Source: Antedon mediterranea (Eukaryota; Animalia; Echinodermata). From it: DNA of 64,000 nucleotides. The notes under the pieces were generated by a model. That model worked only from the letters and a program-made list of their open reading frames with translations. It made no database searches and was not told where the DNA came from. The position numbers were made by a program, and so were the translations under genes. Where the stretch lies: assembly GCF_964355755.1 (NCBI RefSeq), contig NC_092677.1, forward strand, positions 18,374,101 to 18,438,100, written 5' to 3'. Positions 38,138-52,216 of this stretch are shown in pieces; position 1 is the stretch's first letter, and each line of letters starts with the position of its first letter.

Positions 38138-39392
38138 TGGTTATCCGCACTTGGCGGATAACCCCTTGTTATTGTCAGGATCTTTTTTTTTTTTTTTCTT
38201 TTTTTTCTATTTTCTTCTTTCTTTCCACGAATTTTGTTGCCAGTGTATCTCTAAATCTTCTTAACATAACATTGTATAACTTTATCAGAAGATTGACCTC
38301 TATCTGAAGATGTCGTAATAAGGTTTTCAGTCGCGTCCGAGTTGCGCAGCGTAAGTTACGCGCGATTTTATGAATTTCAATGATTGATCATAGAATAAAA
38401 ACTAAAAGTCATTTTGTATTGAAACTTGGTGAAAATTTAAGTCATATCAAGCGCAAACTTTCTATGGATTAAAAATTGCATGTTTGACAGAAAATTACGC
38501 GCGCACGCGCGTTTAAAATTTCAAAATGCGTAAAATCAATTTCTAATCAACTTTCTACGCGTTTCAGGTCATTTTGAACATTTCAAAAATTCCCACGCAT
38601 GCGCAGTTTTTTTACGCGCGCGTGCGCACTTAGCGCAAAAACATCTTTTTTTTGCTTGATTTTTGTTTTTTCAGCCTTTTCTAGTAAATTTACCAATTTT
38701 CAATCAATTTTGAATTAAAATCACGTCATACGAGCACGTAGAATTGAACAATTTGCGCGCGTTTTTGATGAAAAAGGTCAAAAATTTGTCAAAATTATGC
38801 CTTTTTTAAAACAGTCATAGATTGTAAACTACGTGGTGAACTTTTTTAAAATTACATATTCTGGAAGTTGATTAGTTTTAGATATCGAATCATGCATCGA
38901 TATGGCTAACAGGACATAGTGACGTCATCGTATGGCCACTCAAATATAAAATATAGGATTTTTGTCTCTTTCGTCATAGCTCATCACATTTAATAGAGCG
39001 CATCTCCACTTATCCCAATTCCATTTCCCCCCCATTGTTTTATATTGTCTATGCCAATCAATTATCTTTCGCATGATATACCGTTTTTAAAATTGTGATG
39101 ACGTCATCATGTCCAAAAGCGTCAATAACTTGGGCCACTTATTTTCACATATTCTTCACTGTATGTAGTACGTATACAATATATAGTGTATACTGTGTAT
39201 ACTTAGACGTGACGTAAAATAGAGAGCGCACTAACATTTTTTCAATGGCATAATGTTTTTCTCTGCGCAATATTCTAACGTATGACGTGCACGTGGCTTT
39301 TGCTCTGCGGATAACCTAACTCGTCCGTAGTGACGAGTTCAAATCTAGTTGGTTATCCGCACTTGGCGGATAACCCCTTGTTATTGTCAGGA

Positions 39393-39432
<40 letters not shown>

Positions 39433-40626
39433 CTATGTTATTCTTCTTTCTTTCCCAAAATTTTGTGTCACGTGTATCTCAAATTCTGATCAACATTACA
39501 TCGTATAACTTTGTCAGAAGATTTACCTCTATGTGTAGAAGTGCAGGACAGCTCGTTTTTTTACTTTAGAGTCGCGCAGCGTAAGCTACGCGCGATTTTA
39601 TGAATTTCGCGTATTTAACATAGACTAAAAAGCAAAAGTCATTTTGTAATGACACTTAGTGAACATTTAAGTCATATCAAGGGCAAACTTTCTATGGATT
39701 AAAAAAGGCATGTTTGACATAAAGTTACGCGCGCACGCGCGTTTAAAATTTCAAATTGCGAAAAATTCATTTCTAATCAACTTTCTACGCGTTTCATGTC
39801 ATTTTGAGCATTTCAAAAATTCCCACGCGTGCGCATATTTTTTACGCGCGCGTGCGCACGTAGCGCAAAAACATCTTTTTTTTGCTTGATTTTTGTTTTT
39901 TCAGCCTTTTCTAGTACATTTACCAATTTTCAATCAATTTCGACTTAAAATCACGTCATACGAGCACGTAGAATTGAACAGTTTGCGCGCGTTTTTGAAG
40001 AAAAAGTTCAAAAATTCGTCAAAATTATGCCTTTTTTAAAACAGTCATAGATTCGAAACTCCGAGGTGAAAATATTTAAAATTTCAGATTCTGGAAGTAG
40101 ATGAGTTGTTTTTCTCGAATCATGCATTGATATGGCTAACCAGACATTGTGACGTCATCGTATGGCCACCCGAATATAAAATATAGGATTTTTTTCTCTT
40201 TCGTCATAGCTCGTCAATTTAATAGAGCGCATCTCTACTTATCCTTATTCCATTTCACTCAATTTTTTTATATTGTCTAGATCAATCAATTACCTTTCGC
40301 ATGATCCACCATTTTAAAAATTGTGATGACGTCATCATGTTCAAATGCGTCAATAACTTTGGTCACTTATTTTCACCTATTCTGCACTGTATGTAGTACG
40401 TATACAGTATATAGTGTTATACCGTATATACTTAGACGCGACGCAACATAGAGAGCGCACTAACATTTTTCAATGCCATAATCGTTTTATTTTTTTGCGC
40501 GCACTATTCTAACGTATGACGTGCACGTGGCTTTTGCACTGCGGATAACCTAACTCGTCCGTAGTGACGAGTTCAAATCTAGTTGGTTATCCGCACTTGG
40601 CGGATAACCCCTTGTTATTGTCAGGA

Positions 40627-40660
<34 letters not shown>

Positions 40661-43026
40661 CTATGTTATTCTTCTTTCTTTCCCCGAATTTTGTTCGCAG
40701 CACATCTCTATCTTGTGGCCAACATAAGATTGTATAACTTTGTCATAAGGTTGACCTATAGCTGTAGATGTGCAGCCAAGCTTTTGGACGATTTTGGAGT
40801 TGCGCAGTGTAAGTTACGCGCGATTTCATGAATTTCAATGATTGATCATAGAATAAAAACTAAAAGTTGTTTTGTATTGAAACTTTGTGAAAATTTAAGT
40901 GAGATCATGCGCAAACTTTTTATGGATTAAAAATGGCATGTTTCACAAAAAGTTACGCGCGCATGCGCGTTTGAAATTTTAAAATGCGAAAAATCAATTT
41001 CTAATCAACTTTCTATGCGTTTCATGTCATTTTGAGCATTTCAAAAATTCCCACGCGTGCGCAATTTTTTTACGCGCGCGTGCGCACGTAGCGCAAAAAC
41101 ATCTTTTTTTTGCTTGATTTTTGTTTTTTCAGCCTTTTCTAGTAAATTTATGAATTTTCAATCAATTTCGACTGAAAATCACGTCACACGAGCACGTAGA
41201 ATTGGATAATTTGCGCGTGTTTTTGATGAAAAACTTCAAAAAATCGTCAAAATTAGACCTTTTTTTAAACAGTCATAAATTCTAAACTACGTGGTGAACT
41301 TTTTTAAAATTACATATTCTGGAAGTAGATGAGTTGTTTTTCTCGAATCATGCATTGATATGGCTAACCGGACATTGTGACATCATCGTATGGCCACCCG
41401 AATATAAAATATAGGATTTTTTTCTCTTTTGTCATAGCTCGTCAAATTTAATAGAGCGCATCTCCACTTATCTGTATTCCATTTCACTCAATTTTTTTAT
41501 ATTGTCTAGATCAATCAATTATCTTTCGCATGATTCACCATTTTTAAAATTGTGATGACGTCATCATGTTCAAATGCGTCAATAACTTTGGTCACTTATT
41601 TTCACCTATTCTGCACTGTATGTAGTACGTATACAGTATATAGTGTATACCGTACACACTTAGACGCGACACAAAATAGAGGGCTCACTAACATTTTTTC
41701 AATGGCATAATCGTTTTTCTGCGCGCAATATTCTAACTTAGGTGTCATGCGCGTGGGTTTTGCGATGCGGATAACCTAACTCGTCCGTAGTGACGAGTTC
41801 AAATCTAGTTGGTTATCCGCACTTGGCGGATAACCTCTTGTTATTGTCAGGATCTTTTTTTTTTTTTTCTTTTTTTTTTTTTTCTATATTCTTCTTTCTT
41901 TCCACGAATTTTGTTCGCTGCGTATCTCTAATTCCGGCCAACATAAAGTTGTATAACTTTGTGAAAAGATTGCGCTGTAGCTGTAGTTGTGCAAGAAACT
42001 TTTTTTTATGAATTTTGAGTCGCGCAGCGTAAGTTACGCGCGATTTTATGAATTTCAATGATTGATCATAGAATAAAAACTAAAAGTCATTTTGTATAGA
42101 AACTTGGTGAAAATTTAAGTCATATTATGCGCTAACTTTCTATGGAGAGAAAATGGCATGTTTTAGAAAAAGTTACGCGCGCACGCGCGCTTAAAATTTC
42201 AAATTGCGAAAAATCAATTTCTAATCAACTTTCTACGCGTTTCATGTCATTTTGAGCATTTCAAAAATTCCCACGCGTGCGCACTTTTTTTACGCGCCCG
42301 TGCGCACGTAGCGCAAAAACATCTTTTTTTTGTTTGATTTTTGTTTTTTCTGTCTTTTATAATATATTTACCAATTTTCAATCAATTTTGCCTTAAAATC
42401 TCGTCATACGAGCACGTAGAATTAAACAATTTGCGCGCAATTTTGATGAAAAAGTCCAAAAATTTGTCAAAATTATGCCTTTTTTTAAACAGTCATAGAT
42501 TCTAAACTACGTGGTAAACTTTTTTATAATTACATATTCTGGTAGTAGATGAGTTGTAGATATCGAATCATGTATCAATATGGCTATCAGGACATTGTGA
42601 CGTCATCGTATGGCCACTCGAATATAAAATATAGGATTTTTTTCTCTTTCGTATAGCTCATCACATTTAATAGAGCGCATCTCCACTTATCCGTATTCCA
42701 TTGCCCTCCATTTCTTTATATTGTCTATGTCAATCAATTATCTTTCGCATGATTCACCATTTTAAAAATTGTTATGACGTCATCATGTGCAAAAGCGTCA
42801 ATAACTTTGGTCACTTATTTTCACCTATTCTGAACTGTATGTAGTACGTATACGGTATATAGTGTATACCGTATACACTTTGACGTGACACAAAATAGAG
42901 AGCGCACTCACATTTTTTCAATGGCATAATCGTTCTTCTGCGCGCAATATTCCAACGTATGACGTGCACGTGGCTTTAGGACTGCGGATAACCTAACTCG
43001 TCCGTAGTGACGAGTTCAAATCTAGT

Positions 43027-44619
43027 TAGTTATCCGCATTGAGCGGATAACTCCTTGTAACTGTCCTGTTTCATCATCTTTTTTTTTTTTTTCTGTATTC
43101 TTCTTTCTTTCTGTCATTTTTGTGTCTCGCGTAACTCAAAAACGTGTAAACATAACATTTCATAACTTTGTCAACATGTGGGCATTTACGTGAAATTGTG
43201 CACCTCCTATTTTTGAATGACGTCAGAGTTGCGCAACATGACTTACGCGCGTTTTTCCGAATTTCGCGTATTTAACATAGATCGAAAACCATATAACAAT
43301 TTAATATGAAACTTGACAAAAGTTTAAGTTATATCTTGCGCTAACTGACTATGGGAAAAAAATGGCATGTTTCAAACGAAGTTACGCGCGCACGCGCATT
43401 TAAAATTTCAAAATGCGAAAAATCAATTTCTAATCAACTTTCTACGCGTTTCATGTAATTTTAAGCATGTAAAAAATTCCCACGCGCGCGCCTTTTTTAC
43501 GCGCATGGTGCGAACGTAGCGTTGAAAACAATTTTTTTTTTGTGATTTATGTTTTTTCAGCCTTTTCTAGTAATTTTACCAACTTTTAAACAATTTCGAT
43601 TTAAAATTACGTCATACGGGCACGTTGAATTGAATAATTTACGTGCGTTTTTTATGAAAAAGTTAAAAAATTTGTCAAAATTCGTCAAAATTATGCCTTT
43701 TTTTAAACAGTCAAAGATTCTAAACAACGAGGTGAAATTTTTTTTAATTACAAATTCTGGAAGTTGATGAGTTGTAGATATCGGATCATGAATCAATATG
43801 GCTAACCGGACATTGTCACGTCATCGTATGGCCACACGAATGAAAAATATAGGATTTTTGTCTCTTTCGTTATTGCTCATCATATTCAATGGAGCGCATC
43901 ACGCCTATCTGTATTCCTTTTTCTCCGAGATTTTAATATTGTCTAGGTCAATCAACTATCTTTCGCATGAGTTAAAAATATTTTAATTTTTATGACGTCA
44001 TCATGCCTAAAAATTATAATTAACAGGGTTATTAATTTCATCTTTACAGTAAATTTTAATCTGTTATAGCTCGTAAGAATAAAAAGTGATAATTATGATT
44101 AAAACGTTTTCTGGAAGCTATTGGACTGTAGATACGAATTAATGTGAACATTTTGCCAATCGGATGTTGTGAAATCATCCTATGGCCAGTTGAATAAAAA
44201 AAGTCGTATTTTCATATTTTGCGTCATGGTTCATCATATTTAAACGAGCACGCATCTATATTCTACGTATTCAAATTTCTTCTACACGTTAATATGTTGT
44301 TGGTGAGATAATTTACTTCCGAAATTGCTATCTTAGTGTTTAATTTTAATACCGTCGCCATGTTAAAAATTGGAATAAACGGTGGGTCCCGTAATTTCAC
44401 CTATTCTACACTGTATGTAATATGTATACAGATTATACTGCATATACTATATGACACAAAATAGACAGAATTCAGCACTAACAAGATATGATATTCTTCA
44501 GTTCAGGTCATAATGCCATAATCTTTTTCTGTGTGCAATATTCCAACGTATGACGTGCACGTGGCATTTGTCGTGGTGCGGATAACTAACTCGTCAATGT
44601 GACGAGTTTCATGTCTAGT
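43027..44619 (+). mobile_element. B-type non-autonomous Helentron unit (~1.59 kb)
   Basis: Head TAGTTATCCGCattgaGCGGATAACT; B-type tail ending at 44619. Confidence 0.88.
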
Positions 44620-44680
44620 TGGTTATCCGCACTTGGCGGATAACCCCTTGTTATTGTCAGGATCTTTTTTTTTTTCTTTT

Positions 44681-44725
44681 TGGTTATCCGCACTTGGCGG
44701 ATAACCTCTTGTTATTGTCAGGATC

Positions 44726-44756
<31 letters not shown>

Positions 44757-45900
44757 TCTATGTTCTTCTTTCTTTCCACGAATTTTGTTCGCAGCGTATC
44801 TCTAACTCTGGCCAACATATGATTGTATAACTTTGTCAAAAGATTTCCCTGTAGCTGTAGATGTGCAAGAAACTTTTTTTTATGAATTTTGAGTTGCGCA
44901 GCGTAAGTTACGCGCGATTTTATGAATTTAAATGATTGATCATAGATTAAAAACCGAAAGTTATTTTGTATTGAAACTTTGTGAAAATTTAAGTCATATC
45001 AAGCGCAAACTTTCTATGGATTAAAAATTGCATGTTTCACAGAAAGTTACGCGCGCACGCGCGTTTAAAATTTCAAAATGCAAAAAATCAACTTCTAATC
45101 AATTTTCTACGCGTTTCATATCATTTTGAGCATTTCAAAAATTCCCAGGCTTGCGCAATTTTTTTACGCGCGCGTGCGCACGTAGCGCAAAAAAATCTTT
45201 TTTTTGCTTGATTTTTGTTTTTTCTGTCTTTTATAATATATTTACCAATTTTCAATCAATTTTGCCTTAAAATCTCGTCATACGAGCACGTAGAATTAAA
45301 CAATTTGCGCGCAATTTTGATGAAAAAGTCCAAAAATTTGTCAAAATTATGCCTTTTTTTAAACAGTCATAGATTCTAAACTACGTGGTAAACTTTTTTA
45401 TAATTACATATTCTGGTAGTAGATGAGTTGTAGATATCGAATCATGTATCAATATGGCTAACAGGACATAGTGACGTCATCGTATGGCCACTCAAATATA
45501 AAATATAGGATTTTTGCCTCTTTCGTCATAGCTCATCACATTTAATAGAGCGCATCTCCACTTATCCGAATTCCATTTCCCCCCATTTTTGTATATTGTC
45601 TATGCCAATCAATTATCTTTCGCATGATATACCGTTTTTAAAATTGTGATGACGTCATCATGTCCAAAAGCGTCAATAACTTGGGCCATTTATTTTCACA
45701 TATTCTTCACTGTATGTAGTACGTATACAATATATAGTGTATACCGTGTATACTTAGACGTGACGTAAAATAGAGAGCGCACTAACATTTTTTCAATGGC
45801 ATAATGGTTTTCTCTGCGCAATATTCTAACGTATGACGTGCACGTGGCGTTTGCTCTGCGGATAACCTAACTCGTCCGTAGTGACGAGTTCAAATCTAGT
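44681..45900 (+). mobile_element. A-type unit nested in the T-run of another A-type unit (44620-44680 + 45901-47049)
   Basis: Two heads 61 bp apart; after the tail at 45900 the sequence resumes with T-run + ctatgttcttc and no head. Confidence 0.85.
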
Positions 45901-48900
45901 TTTTTTTCTATGTTCTTCTTTCTTTCCACGATTTTTGTTCGCAGCGTATCTCTAATTCTGGCCAACATAGGATTGTATAACTTTGACAAAAGATTGCTCT
46001 GTAGCTGTAGATGTGCAAGAAACTTTTTTTTTTCAATTTCGAGTCGCACAGCGTAAGTTACGCGCGATTTTATGAATTTCAATGATTGATCATAGATTAA
46101 AAACCCAAAGTCATTTTCTATTGAAACTTGGTGAAAATTTAAGTTATATTATGCGCAAACTTTCTATGGATTAAAAATGGCATGTTTCACATAAAGTGAC
46201 GCGCGCACGCGCATTCAAAATTTCAAAATGCGCAAAACTCATTTCTAATCAACTTTCTACGCGTTTCATGTCATTTTGAGCATTTCAAAAATTCCCAAGC
46301 GTGCGCAATATTTTTACGCGCGCGTGCGCAAATAGCGCAAAAACATCATTTTTTTGCTTGATTTTTGTTTTTTCAGCCTTCTCTAGTAATTTTATCAATT
46401 TTCAATCAATTTTTACTTAAAATCACGTCACACGAGCACGTAGAATTGGATAATTTGCACGCGTTTTTGATGAAAAACTTCAAAAATTCGTCAAAATTAT
46501 ACCTTTTTTTGAACAGTCATAAATTCTAAACTACGTGGTGTACTTTTTTGAAATTACATATTCTGGAAGTAGATGGGTTGTATTTCTTGAATCATGCATT
46601 GATATGGCTAACCGGACATTGTAACGTCATCGTATGGCCACCCGAATACAAAATATAGGATTTTTTTCTCTTTCATCATAGCTCGTCAAATTTAATAGAG
46701 CGCATCTCTACTTATCCGTATTCCATTCCCACCATTTCTTTATTTTGTCCAGGTCAATCAATTATCTTTCACATGATTTACGATTTTTAAAATTGTGATG
46801 ACGTCATCATGGTCAAAAGCGTCATTAACTTTGGTCACTTATTTTCACCTATTCTGAACTGTATGTAGTACGTATACAGTATAGTGTATACCATTATATA
46901 CTTTTACGTGACGCAAAATAGAGAGCGCACTAACATTTTTTCAATGGCATAATCGTTTTTTGGCGCGCAATATTCTAACGTATGACGTGCACGTGGCTTT
47001 TGCGCTGCGGATAACCTAACTCGTCCGTAGTGACGAGTTCAAATCTAGTTGGTTATCCGCACTTGGCGGATAACCTCTTGTTATTGTCAGGATCTTTTTT
47101 TTTCTCTTTCTCTTTTTTCTTCTATTTTCTTCTTTCTTTCCACGATTTTTGTTCGCAGCGTATCTCTAATTCTGGCCAACATATGATTGTATAACTTTGT
47201 GAAAAGATAGCCCTGTAGCTGTAGATGTGCAAGAAACTTTTTTTTTCGAATTTCGAGTTGCGCAGCGTAAGTTACGCGCAATTTTATGAATTTCAATGAT
47301 TGATCATAGAATAAAAACTAAAAGTCATTTTGTATTGAAACTTGGTGAAAATTTAAGTCATAACATGCTCAAACTTTCTATGGATTAAAAATGGCATGTT
47401 TGACAGAAAGTTACGCGCGCACGCGCGTTTAAAATTTCAAAATGCGAAAATTCAATTTCTAATCAACTTTCTACGCGTTTCATGTCATTTTGAGCATTTC
47501 AAAAATTCCCACGCGTTCGCAATTTTTTTACGCGCGCGTGCGCACGTAGCGCAAAAACGTCTTTTTTTTGCTTGATTTTTGTTATTTCAGCCTTTTCTAG
47601 TAAATTTATCAATTTTCAATCAATTTCGACTTAAAATCACGTCATACGAGCACGTAGAATTGAACAATTTAGGCACGTTTTTGATGAAAAAGTTCAAAAA
47701 TTTGTCAAAATTATGCCTTTTTTTAAACATTCATAGATTCTAAACTCCGTGGTGAACATTTTTAAAATTTCAGATTCTGGAAGTAGATGAATTGTAGATA
47801 TCAAATCATGCATGAATATGGCTAACCGGACATTGTGACGTCATCATATGGCCACTCGAATATAAAATATAGGATTTTTGTCACTTTCGCATAGCTCATC
47901 ACATTTAATAGAGCGCATCTCCACTTATCCGTGTTTCATTTCCTCCCATTTTGTTATATTGTCTAGGCCAATCGATTATCTTTCGCATAATCTACGATTT
48001 TTTAAATTGTGATGACGTCATCATGTCCAAAAGCGTCAATAACTTTGGTCACTTATTTTCACCTATTCTGCACTGTATGTAGTACGTATACAATATAGTG
48101 TTATACCGTATATACTTAGACGTGACGCAAAATAGAGAGCCCACTAACATTTTTTCAATGCCATAATCGTTTTTTTGCGCGCAATATTCTAACGTATGAC
48201 GTGCACGTGGCTTTTGCGCTGCGGATAACCTAACTCGTCCGTAGTGACGAGTTCAAATCTAGTTGGTTATCCGCACTTGGCGGATAACCCCTTGTTATTG
48301 TCAGGATCTTTTTTATTTTTTTTATTTTTTTTCTCTTTTTTTTTCTATTTTCTTCTTTCTTTCCACGATTTTTGTTCGCAGCGTATCTCTAATTCTAGTC
48401 AACATAAGATTCTATAACTTTGTCATAAGATTGCCCTGTAGCTGTAGATGTGCAAGAAACTTTTTTTTATGAATTTGGAGTCGCGCAGCGTAAGTTACGC
48501 GCGATTTTATGAATTTCAATGATTGATCATAGATTGAAAACCAAAAGTCATTTTCTATTGAAACTTCGTGAAAATTTAAGTTATATCATGCGCAAACTTT
48601 CTATGGATTAAAAATGGCATGTTTGACATAAAGTTACGCGAGCACGCGCGTTTAAAATTTCAAATTGCGAAATATCCATTTCTAATCAACTTTCTACGCG
48701 TTTCAGGGCATTTTGAGCATTTCAAAAATTCCCAGGCGTGCGCATTTTTTTTACGCGCGCGTGCGCACGTAGCGCAAAAACATCTTTTTTTTGCTTGATT
48801 TTTGTTTTTTCAGCCTTTTCTAGTAAATTTACCAACTTTCAATCAATTTCGACTTAAAATCACGTCATACAAGCACGTAGAATTGAACAATTTGCGCGCG

Positions 48901-50652
48901 TTTTTGAAGAAAAAGTTCAAAAATTTGTCAAAATTATGCCTTTTTTAAAACAGTCATAGATTGTAAACTACGAGGTGAACTTTTTTTAAATTACACATTC
49001 TGGAAGTTGATGAGTTGTAGATATCGAATCATGCATCGATATGGCTAACAGGACATAGTGACGTCATCGTATGGCCACTCGAATATAAAATATAGGATTT
49101 TTGTCTCTTTCGTCATAGCTCATCACATTTAATAGAGCGCATCTCCACTTATCCGAATTCCATTTTCCCCCATTTTTTTATATTGTCTATGCCAATCAAT
49201 TATCTTTTGCATGATATACCGTTTTTAAAATTGTGATGACGTCATCATGTCCAAAAGCGCCAATAACTTGGGCCACTTATTTTCACATATTCTTCACTGT
49301 ATGTAGTACGTATACAATGTATAGTGTATACTGTGTATACTTAGGCGTGACGTAAAATAGAGAGCGCACTAACATTTTTTCAATGGCATAATGGTTTTCT
49401 CTGCACAATATTCTAACGTATGACGTGCACGTGGCGTTTGCTCTGCGGATAACCTAACTCGTCCGTAGTGACGAGTTCAAATCTAGTTTTTTTTTTTTTT
49501 TTTTTTCTATGTTCTTCTTTCTTTCCACGAATTTTGTTCGCAGCGTATCTCTAACTCTGGCAAACATATGATTGTATAACTTTGTCAAAAAATTGCCCTG
49601 TAGGTGTAGATGTGCAAGAAACTTTTTTTTATGAATTTTGAGTTGCGCAGCGTAAGTTACGCGCGGTTTTATGAATTTAAATGATTGATCATAGATTAAA
49701 AACCGAAAGTCATTTTGTATTGAAACTTGGTGAACATTTAAGTCATATCAAGCGCAAACTTTCTATGGATTAAAAATGGCATGTTTCACAGGAAGTTACG
49801 CGCGCACGTGCGTTTAAAATTTCAAAATGCAAAAAATCAACTTCTAATCAACTTTCTACGCGTTTCATGTCATTTTGAGCATTTCAAAAATTCCCAGGCA
49901 TGCGCAATTTTTTTACGCGCGCGTGCGCACGTAGCGCAAAAACATCTTTTTTTTGTTTGATTTTTGTTTTTCCAGCCTTTTCTAGTAAATTTACCAACTT
50001 TCAAACAATTTGGACTTAAAATCACGTCATACGAGCACGTAGAATTGAAAAATGTTCGCGTGTTTTTGATGAAAAAGTTCAAAAATTCCTGAAAATTATG
50101 CCTTTATTTAAAAAGTCATAGATTCTAAACTCCGTGGTGAACATTTTTAAAATTTCAGATTCTGGAAGTAGATGAGTTGTAGATATCAAATCATGCATCC
50201 ATATGGCTCACCGGACATTGTGACGTCATCGTATGGCCACTGGAATATAAAATATAGGATTTTTGTCTCTTTCGCATAGCTCATCACATTTAATAGAGCG
50301 CATCTCTACTTATCCGTATTGCATTTCCCCCCATTTTGTTATATTGTTTAGGTCAATCAATTATCTTTCGCATGGTTAACAATTTTTAAGATTGTTATGA
50401 CGTCATCATTTGCAAAAGCGTCAATAACTTTGGTCACTTATTTTCACCTATTCTGCACTGTATGTTGTACGTATACAGTATATAGCGTATACCGTATATA
50501 CTTAGACGTGACACAAAATAGAGGGCTCACTAACATTTTTTTCAATGGCATAATCGTTTTTCTGCGCGCAATATTCTAACTTATGTGTCATGCGCGTGGC
50601 TTTTGCGCTGCGGATAACCTAACTCGTCCGTAGTGACGAGTTCAAATCTAGT

Positions 50653-52216
50653 TGGTTATCCGCAACGAAGTTGCAGGATAACCTCTTGTGATTGTACGAA
50701 ATCATTCTGTATGATTTTTGTGTAACGCTTTTCTCTAAAACTCGCAAACATAACATTTCGGTAACTATCTTAACATATTGACATTTACGTAACGTCGTCA
50801 AGCGAAGCTTTTCATGACGTTTACAATTGCGCAACGTGACTTACGCGCGATTTAACGATTTTGTCGTATTTAACATAGCTCGACAACCAAATAACATTTC
50901 AACTTGAAACTTTGCAAAAGTTTAATTTATATCATGCGCTAACTTTCTGTTGAAAAAAAATTCCGTGTTTTACACAAAGTTACGCGCGCACGCGCATTTA
51001 AAGTTTCAAAATGCGCAAAATTAATTTCTAATCAACTTTCTACGCGTTTCATGTCGTTTTAAGCATGTCAAAAATTTCCACGCGTGCGCACATTTTTACG
51101 TGTGCGGTGCGCACGTAGCATTGAAAACGTATTTTTTTCGCGTGATTTATGTTTTTCCAGCCTTTTCTAGTAATTTTACAAAATTTTAAACAATTTCGAC
51201 TTAAAGATACGTCATACGAGCACGTCGAATTGGACAATTTGCGCGCGTTTTTTATGAAAAGGTTAAAAAATTTGTTTAAAATATGCCTTTTTTTAAACAG
51301 TCGTACTTTCTAAACTAGACGGTCAAATTTTTGTGGATGACATTTTCTAGAAGTAGATGAGCTGTAGATGTCGGATCAGGTACTAATATGGCTAACCGGA
51401 CATTGTGACGTCATCGTATGGCCACGCGAATATAAAATTTAGGATTTTTGTATCTTTCGTCATAGCTCATCACATTGAATAGAGCGCATCTCCACTTATC
51501 CGTTTTCCATTTTCACCCCGATTTTAATATTGTCTAGGTCAATCAAGTATCTTTCGCATGAGTTAAAAATATTTTAATTTTGTTGACGTCATCATGCCTA
51601 AAAATTTAAATCACGTGTGGCATTAATTTCATCTTTACAGTAAATTTTAATCTGTTATAGCTCGTAAGAATAAAATGTGATAATCACGATTAAAACTTTC
51701 TCTGGAAGCTATTGGATTGTAGATACGAAATTATGTAAAAATGTTGCCAATCGGATGTTGTGACGTCATTATATGGCCAGTTAAATAAAAAAGGTCGTAT
51801 TTTCATCTTTTGCGTCATAATTCATTACATTTAAAAGAGCGCGAATCAATATTTCACGTATTCAAATTTCTTCTACACGCTAATACGTTGTTGCTGAGAT
51901 AATTTCCTTTCGGAATTGCTATCTTCGCGTTTCATTTTAAAACCGTCAACATGTTAAAAATTGCAATAAATAGCGGTCCCGTAATTTCACCTATTCTACA
52001 CTGTATGTGATATGGATACAGATTATACTGTGTATACTATATATGAATTTAAATAATAAAATTCAGCAATAACAAACATATCATATTCTTCAGTTCAGGT
52101 CATAATGCCAACGTGAACACTTCCTTTTGTCCTCAACCTATCCCCTTAATGTTAATGTTGCACCACTTGCGCGGCGGATAACCAAACTCGTCAAAGTGAC
52201 GAGTTACATGTCTAGT
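50653..52216 (+). mobile_element. C-type non-autonomous Helentron unit (~1.56 kb)
   Basis: Head TGGTTATCCGCaacgaagttgcaGGATAACC; tail GCGGATAACCAaactcgtcaaagtgacgagttacatgtCTAGT; B-like body with distinct subterminal sequences. Confidence 0.8.
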